In this document: positions 56,830 through 64,000 of the stretch, one piece after another
Layout of the letters: each line of letters opens with the position of its first letter
Numbering within the stretch: position 1 is the first letter of the stretch
NCBI GenBank assembly: GCA_964016885.1
Contig: OZ024741.1
Location: 73,098,001-73,162,000 of the forward strand
Source of the DNA: Eledone cirrhosa
Lineage: Eukaryota
Direction: 5' to 3'
DNA: 64,000 bases
Translations under genes and position numbers: made by a program
The notes under the pieces: generated by a model
Seen by the model: the letters and a program-made list of their open reading frames with translations, nothing else
What the model was told of the DNA's origin: nothing
Databases searched by the model: none

Positions 56830-58230
56830 ACCACCTGACGAAGTCTTTCAGAACATGGTTCACTACTCGACCGTGTTTAGGACAACATGATCCCTGCTAG
56901 TAAAGAATTATTATTTTCGGAAACATCTTGGAGAAATTGGATCAGCGAGACTTGGAATTTTATGGGATCTGTTTCTGATTTGATGTATTTTGGTATGAGG
57001 TGCAATAGTTGTGTGGTAATGTTGTTATAAGAGGTTCAGTTTTTGTAGAGAGCGGATAAGCACGGGGACCAAGCTTTGGTTGGATTTTAAAGTTGATGCC
57101 AACATAATTTGGGCAGTGTTCGTGGAATAATTTTCACATCATACAAATGATCTAACGCTCACGATGGTGTTGGAGAGAGTAGAGCTTGAGTTTTCCAGTC
57201 GACCCTAGTAGTCAAGGTATGTCATGCCGTCTATCGTTTTTGTAATTGACATCTGGCTGCTTCAATTTTCAGGATACTTCATTTTGTATGAGGAAACAGC
57301 AGTGGACAATAGTATTCAAGGTAGGCCTGCGTAAAGATAGAGAAGTGAAGGATGATAGTGTGGATATCTCTTGACCGAAAACTTTTAAGAATCCTGGAAC
57401 ACATCCTGCGGGCCATGTCAACTTTATTGTTTTTGTGAGTACTGCAGCTTAAGTTATTATCAATAATTACTCCAATGCCTCTGGTTTTGTTGGATGCCAT
57501 GAGGATTTCGTAGTAGGGAAGAGTATATGGTAACTTCAGTGCATCCTCTTTTCCAAAGAGGATTAACTCAAATTTACCTTTGTTTAGTGGCATATTGTAT
57601 TTTTTCACCTATTGATGGCATCTCCATTCTCTCTTTCCGTTCATGACCTTCTAGAGCTTGGATTCAACTGCGAAGATTTTGCTGTGCTTCTGACGTCAAA
57701 GATATCATCGATGTAAATAATGAAGAAAAGTGGACCATTGTGGGACATTTCTACTGACCTTGGCTGAGTTTTACACCATTCCTTCGACCACAACATGCTG
57801 GGTTCGGTTCAACAGGCAACACTTAATCCATTGTAGCAACTTTCCACAAATTCCAATGCTGGATTGTTTCTTCAACAAGATCGTGTGATTGATCCTGTCA
57901 AAGGCCTTGCTGCAATCAAGGTAAATAACATCCATGGAGCTATCACCCAAAGCGTTTAGGATGTCAACAAAGTGAAGCAGGAGCTGCATTATGCAGTTCA
58001 TGGCATCATGGAACTCTTGCGGGTTGGAGTTCAGTAGATTATTTCTTTCGGCGAAGTAAGTTCTTCGTGATCTCAAATAATTTAATATGAGAGATGAGTG
58101 AGATTGGACGGTAATTCACTACAAGTGAATGATCTTCCTCTTTGAAAACTGGGGTGATAGACTGGGATAGAAAATGTTCCGGGATATAGCCTGCGTCCAG
58201 TAAGTTCCTTCAGGTATTAGCGAGAGAGGA
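56830..58230 (-). pseudogene. Degenerate CR1-type LINE reverse transcriptase
   Basis: DVIYLDCSKAFDRINH..LLQWI..L.NRTQ.V, IYIDDI, GVIIDNNLS..LEYYCPL. Confidence 0.85.
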
Positions 58231-58426
58231 TTTGTTGATTATTGATTTCTAATATTTGTAATTAGCAAGTTTTTCATGGGTCTAACTTGCATCGCCCATT
58301 CATTTTAAATGTAAGATTAAACATTTTTTTTTGTAAAATTGTTAAATTTCTTAAATTTCTTTGATTTTTATCCACTTTAATATCTTCTATTTGGGTACTT
58401 TAGCACCAAAACTTTATCTTTTATGA

Positions 58427-58723
<297 letters not shown>

Positions 58724-59150
58724 CCATCCCTACACACCTCTCTCTCTATACACGAGAACTCATTCTCCAGTCCCCTTCTGAGCAAGGAAGATGGGGAAAA
58801 ATCTTACTCCAACACTTAATTTTAAATCTTTATTTTTTAGTTTTTAATTCTTATTAATTCTTTTTAATTGTAATACTCAACATTTGATAAGATGAATTTT
58901 AATAACACATCGAAACCGGAAATATTTTATATACTTTATATAAATTATAAAACTCTTTTTTAAAAGAATTGTCCCTCTCATCTTTTCAATAATATCACTT
59001 TGACCAATCAAAAAAAGAAAAACAAAGAAAGAAAAACAGACTCTAAAATATATTTTCCGTGCTATTTCCAACTTCACCTTTTCTCTATATCCACTGTTTT
59101 CTATAGAACCTTACTTCCCTTTTCTAATATATATATATATTATTATTATT

Positions 59151-59645
59151 AGGGCGGTGGATTGGCAGTATCGGTAGAGGGTCGGACGCCATGCTTTGCA
59201 GCAAAGAGTTACGGAACTTTATGGTCTGAGTTCAAATCCTGCCGAAGTTAACTTTGCCTTTCATCCTTACGGGGTCGATAAAATAAAGTACCAGTAATAC
59301 ACTGGGATATTTGGTGGTCTTGTGCCAAAAGTAGAAACAATTATTATTATTACTTTCTCAAAGTAAAGAGTGTCATAAATGATTCAAAATCAAACATATG
59401 TCTTGTCTCTAAAAACAGCTCAAGATAGAATTCAGAGAATAAAATCGAGCCTTAATCTCTCTCTTATAATTGTTTCTACTTTTTGGCACAAAGCCAGAAA
59501 TTACCCAGTACATTACTGGTACTTTATTTTATCGACCCCGTAAGGATGAAAGACAAAGTTAACCTCGGTGGAATTTGAACTCAGACCGTAAAGAGACGTA
59601 ACTATGGTGGAAAGCATCATGGCGTCCGATTCTCTACCGATACTG

Positions 59646-59650
<5 letters not shown>
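59151..59650. mobile_element. Two Nin/Deu SINEs tail to tail (59151-59345 plus, 59468-59650 minus)
   Basis: Direct homology to 20156-20348. Confidence 0.85.
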
Positions 59651-59689
<39 letters not shown>

Positions 59690-59690
<1 letters not shown>

Positions 59691-59890
59691 TCGTTAAATC
59701 GGGCCTAGGAAACAATGTTTTCGTTGGTCTTTCCAATTGCTATCTATCGGTCGCAACTCCAGGTAGAAGCATCAACGTCAAATAAAGTGTCTTGCTCAAG
59801 GACACAACATATCGCCCGGTCCAGGAATCGAACTCACAACCTCAATATTGTGAATCCAATTCTCTAACCACTCTGCCACACGCCTTCACA
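59690..59890 (-). mobile_element. CORE-type tRNA SINE
   Basis: Homologous to 17619-17834. Confidence 0.8.
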
Positions 59891-60261
59891 TAAAATAAAC
59901 AAACAAGCAAATAAATAAATAAATATATAGACAGACTGAATAAAAAATGGCGTAGACATACAACACAACAGGAGGAAAAAATATAACACCACTGACGATG
60001 TTGCAGATGTGCAACGAAAGATTTATGTAAATTATGTAAACTATATATATGTGTTTGTGTCTATATTGTATCTGTATTATTTTTGACCGTCGGTCAGTCA
60101 ATGGCAACATTGAGGACCGATTAAGTTAGATCGCAGATATAAAAGACAGCGAGAAGCGAAAACCAACCAAACAGTGAGTGTGTTCTGTTATTAATTCTGG
60201 CAATATTACACAAATATGACCCTCCCCAAGTATAACAATATTTGTTTCGACACACGATTTC

Positions 60262-60359
<98 letters not shown>

Positions 60360-60363
60360 ATAT

Positions 60364-60718
60364 AAAGAAAAAGAGATGAAATCGAAAATGCAACTGGAGT
60401 CTTATTTTTTTTTAAATATATATATTTATTTGGTTCCTTTACCGGTTTCGCAGTTCTTCTGCTTTTCAAAAGGTGAGTTGAGATGGAGGGTCTGTGGTTT
60501 TTCTCAGATGTGAGAAAAACCACAGACCCTCCATCGCAAATCACCTTTTGAAAAGCAGAAGAACTGCGAAACCGGTAAAGGAACCAAATAAATATATATA
60601 TTTAAAAAAAAAATAAGACTCCAGTTGCATTTTCGATTTCATCTCTTTTTCTTTATACTTTCACTCGTGTAGGACACCTCGGTTATTTTTCATTTTGTAA
60701 AAAAAACCTCACTTTGTA
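60364..60718 (+). mobile_element. ~290-bp near-perfect palindrome pLTR element with a hammerhead variant at 60544-60581
   Basis: Symmetry axis near 60509; CCUU UUGAAAA GCAG/CUGC GAAA CCGG UA AAGG; fragment at 55130-55200. Confidence 0.75.
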
Positions 60719-60729
60719 ATATATATATA

Positions 60730-60811
<82 letters not shown>

Positions 60812-60816
<5 letters not shown>

Positions 60817-61304
60817 AATTAGTATATCTAGTAACATATATATACACAGATGCATACTTATGCTAGCAAATATATAGGTTTTGTCTTAGTAACTTTGTGG
60901 TTCAATGCATGGGGTTGCAGAACAACAATATGAGAGACGTAAAATAAGAAAATTATAAAATTAACTTACTTGTCTTCTTAACAAACCACTCTCCACTGAT
61001 TGACCTCGATGTCACGTGATTGATTCTTTCGAATTTGCCACCGACGCAGTAGGCAGTGATTTTCTCAATGGCTTGGAATTTAGTCCACGCTTTGCTTTTT
61101 CTATCCACTGAATTATTTTTGTATAAGTTCCCTGTGTCCACGTATTGCCTGGAAACTTAGTTGAGAATAGACTTCCCTGATGATGAAAGGCTTCTCTGTA
61201 CGCTTCTTCGGAAAGTATGTTTATTCCCTTTCAGAAACTAATTAGTTGGGAGTGAAATTTTAGTAAGTAAGTTAATTTTATAATTTTCTTATTTTACGTC
61301 TCTC

Positions 61305-61305
<1 letters not shown>
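60812..61305 (+). mobile_element. Family P3 pLTR with an inverted left arm
   Basis: 60812-60971 is the reverse complement of 4342-4499-type sequence. Confidence 0.8.
61172..61252 (+). ncRNA. Canonical-core type I hammerhead ribozyme with enlarged loop II
   Basis: CUUCC CUGAUGA UGAAAGG..36 nt..CCUUUCA GAAAC UAAUUA GUU GGGAG. Confidence 0.85.
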
Positions 61306-61337
<32 letters not shown>

Positions 61338-61389
61338 GGGGGGGGGGGGTATGTGTGTGTGTGTGTGTGTGTATGAATGTAGATGTATG

Positions 61390-61832
61390 TTTCTCTTTCT
61401 CTTAATTTTGAGTACATTGACTAGCCACCTTCCTGGTGCCAAGGTTGTAGAAGAAAAGAAATTGTCGTCCCTTGAATCGCAAGAATGTTTTGCAAATTTT
61501 GAAGGTGCCAGCTGTCGCACCCATTTGTAGTCTATGAATTAAGGAGCTGCACTCTTTGTCCACAAATCCAGGTTCAGTTATACTTTGGTATGAAGCTAAA
61601 GTTATATCTTGGATACTGGATCTGCAAACTCCTCACCAATGGTCCGTAGATGTCCTCCCTTTCTTGTATTTTTCTTACAACGTTGACGTCAAATGGGAAG
61701 CTTACCTCTACAACAGAGCATGTTTTCAATGTGTGGTCCTAAACAACAATATCAGGCCGGTTGTGCTTTAATTTGGGGGCAGTTATTATTTTTAGCTTCC
61801 ACCAGTATTCTTTAGTGTCATCTATGTCAACA
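61390..61832 (-). mobile_element. R4 family B RLE fragment
   Basis: KHNRPDIVV*D...VVEVSFP..IQEREDIYGPL..KICKTFLRFKG. Confidence 0.8.
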
Positions 61833-61870
61833 TGTATGTATGTATGTATGTATGTATGTATGTATGTATG

Positions 61871-64000
61871 TTCTTCTGGTTTTATAATTTCACAAAGTTT
61901 TACCAATAGATAGAGAGTTGGTTTCTAACATAGACACAAGACTCTCTCATTGGAATTTACACAACATCAACTAGGTAGATATGTATGTATGCATGCATGT
62001 GTAGATATGGATGTTATTGTATGTGTGGATGTGGATGTTTTAAGTTGTATGTGTGCATGTGTATATGCTTTGTATCTATACATGTGTATATGCAGTTATT
62101 AGATGCAACATTTTTGGAATGTTTTACATATTGTACTTGTAACTTCCTAACTAGTTGTGTTCTTTCTGTACCTATGAAGCCTAGCTTCTCAAGATTTGTA
62201 TTGAGGCAGTTACTAACATATCCCAGTGCCCCAATAATCACAGGCATAAATCTGAAGGTGTAATCAGGGTGGAGTATCTGCAGATTTCTCATCAGTTCTG
62301 CATAAATATTCTCCTTTTCACTAATCTTTGATATTATATTGGCATCTGCTGGGCAGCTAATTTCCACTACTGTGTGTCCTTTCTTCTCCCTGTCCCATAT
62401 CATAATATCTGGTCTGTTATGCCTGCATCTTATTGGGATTTTTACTGGAACATTCCACCAGTACTCTTTCATATTATTTACATGGATGTCTTCCACATTG
62501 TTGTAGCTTTTAATGTGTTTATTATCGGGGCTATCTTTTTAACGAACTTCATTGTACAGTGTTTTGGCCACTACATCATGCCTCATAGGTAGATACTACC
62601 GCGATGACATCTTTGGACAGCTGCTGATGACATGGGTGATAGCCTGATGTTAGTTCTGAAGAGTCTGCATTGTTATCACATCTAGGTGTTTTGCCTGCAT
62701 CCCTATCTCTTTTGTGAATCAGGTATTTTGTGCTAATCTCCTGTTCCTGGATTGAAAAAGCGTATCCTTCAAAGTGGGAGTCAATATAGCGGTTGTTGGT
62801 CCAAGATAGACTACTTTCCTTATCTATATTACCCTCACTCTGGAACTTCCTGGCAAAATATCTATGCATGACTTTTTGCTGATAGGCATGCAGTTTTTCA
62901 TCCATGGATTCTCTGCGATACTGCTGAGTGACATCCCTGGGTGTGAGTCTTTGATTATCACACAGGGAATATCTCTCAAGGAGTTCCTTCCCAACTCTCA
63001 TGATCTTATCTGTTTCATGCAGATAGACTTGCTCGAGAAACGGGCTCCTACGCTTCGAGGTTCGTAGATGTTGTCGGAGAGATATGATGCGACATTCAAA
63101 TGTTGTCTGGACTGATGTTAGGCCTCTGCCTCCCGGCTTACGTTTCAAGTAAAGGCGGTCTATGTCACTGTTGATGTGGAAGTTTCCGGTGTTGTTCAGT
63201 ATTTTTCGAGTTCCAACATCAACTGCTCGGATATCGTCTATCGTCCAATTGAGTATTCCAAGCGTTGGTGTTAGGACAGGCACAGCAAACACATTGTGAG
63301 CCACTGTTTTGTTTTGCGCAGAGAGTTCCGATGACCAGATCTCTCTTAATCGGGTGTAGTATTCCCTGGTTACGCGTTCTTTATTACAGATACCATTATA
63401 GGATATGTTCTCATCTATCCCCAGCCAGGTATCTGTAGCAGTCCTCAGCAGATATCGGTGAAACAGTTAGACCATTGATGACAATGGTGCTAGATTGGGT
63501 TGTTGTTTTTTCCCCGCTTTACAGGCATGTATGAGCATTTATATTGGCCAAACTCCATCCCTATATTCTTTGAGAACATTGTAATCAGGTCAAGATTTTT
63601 CTTCATCCCATCCATGTTCTTGGCATAGAGTTTCGGATCGTCCACAAAGAAATTATGGGTTAGGTTCGTATTTCTGTCATGTGAGCCAATGATGTATCCC
63701 TCACATTTCTTGAGCAGAAAGGACAAGGGCTTTAATGACAAGATGAATAATATCACAGAGAGACTGTCCCCCTGAAATATACCCCTGCAATATTTTATTT
63801 TATCAGTGAAAATAGAGTCCTCCCTCTCTGTCTTTAACCTTAGGATAGTAACCAAAGAAGAAGACAGACTCTCTATTAGCTCTGACAATAATGTCTGGGA
63901 CTTTAGCAAGTTGGAGGGCCTCTATCATCCAAGAGTGGGGAACAGAATCGAAAGCTTTCCTGTAGTCCAGCCAGACTGTAGTCATATTACCCCTAAGTTG
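61871..64000 (-). mobile_element. R4 family A, second copy (runs off the window)
   Basis: High identity to 45903-48030; RT and RLE motifs present. Confidence 0.92.

Overview
Repeat-saturated, AT-rich eukaryotic DNA with no recognisable host exon. The extreme (TA)n/(CA)n/(TATG)n density plus Nin/Deu-domain and CORE-type tRNA SINEs suggest a mollusc, most plausibly an octopus (inference). Nearly all listed ORFs are microsatellite translation artefacts. Real coding remnants are all retroelement-derived: R4/Dong-clade RLE LINEs (one near full length at ~45.9-49.6 kb), Tx1/L1, RTE, CR1-type and Penelope-like (GIY-YIG) elements. The most striking pattern is an ecosystem partitioned by microsatellite. 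About ten short Penelope pLTR-like families, many carrying minimal type I hammerhead ribozymes and built as fold-back palindromes, sit in (TA)n. R4 elements end at TATG|TT junctions in (TATG)n, and Tx1 copies follow (TCTA)n. Also present are a ~3.1 kb inverted structure capped by two Helitron-like 3' ends, a permuted RTE-derived element with a possible HDV-like 5' ribozyme, and three minisatellites (21, 28 and 63 bp). All calls were made by eye and boundaries are approximate.
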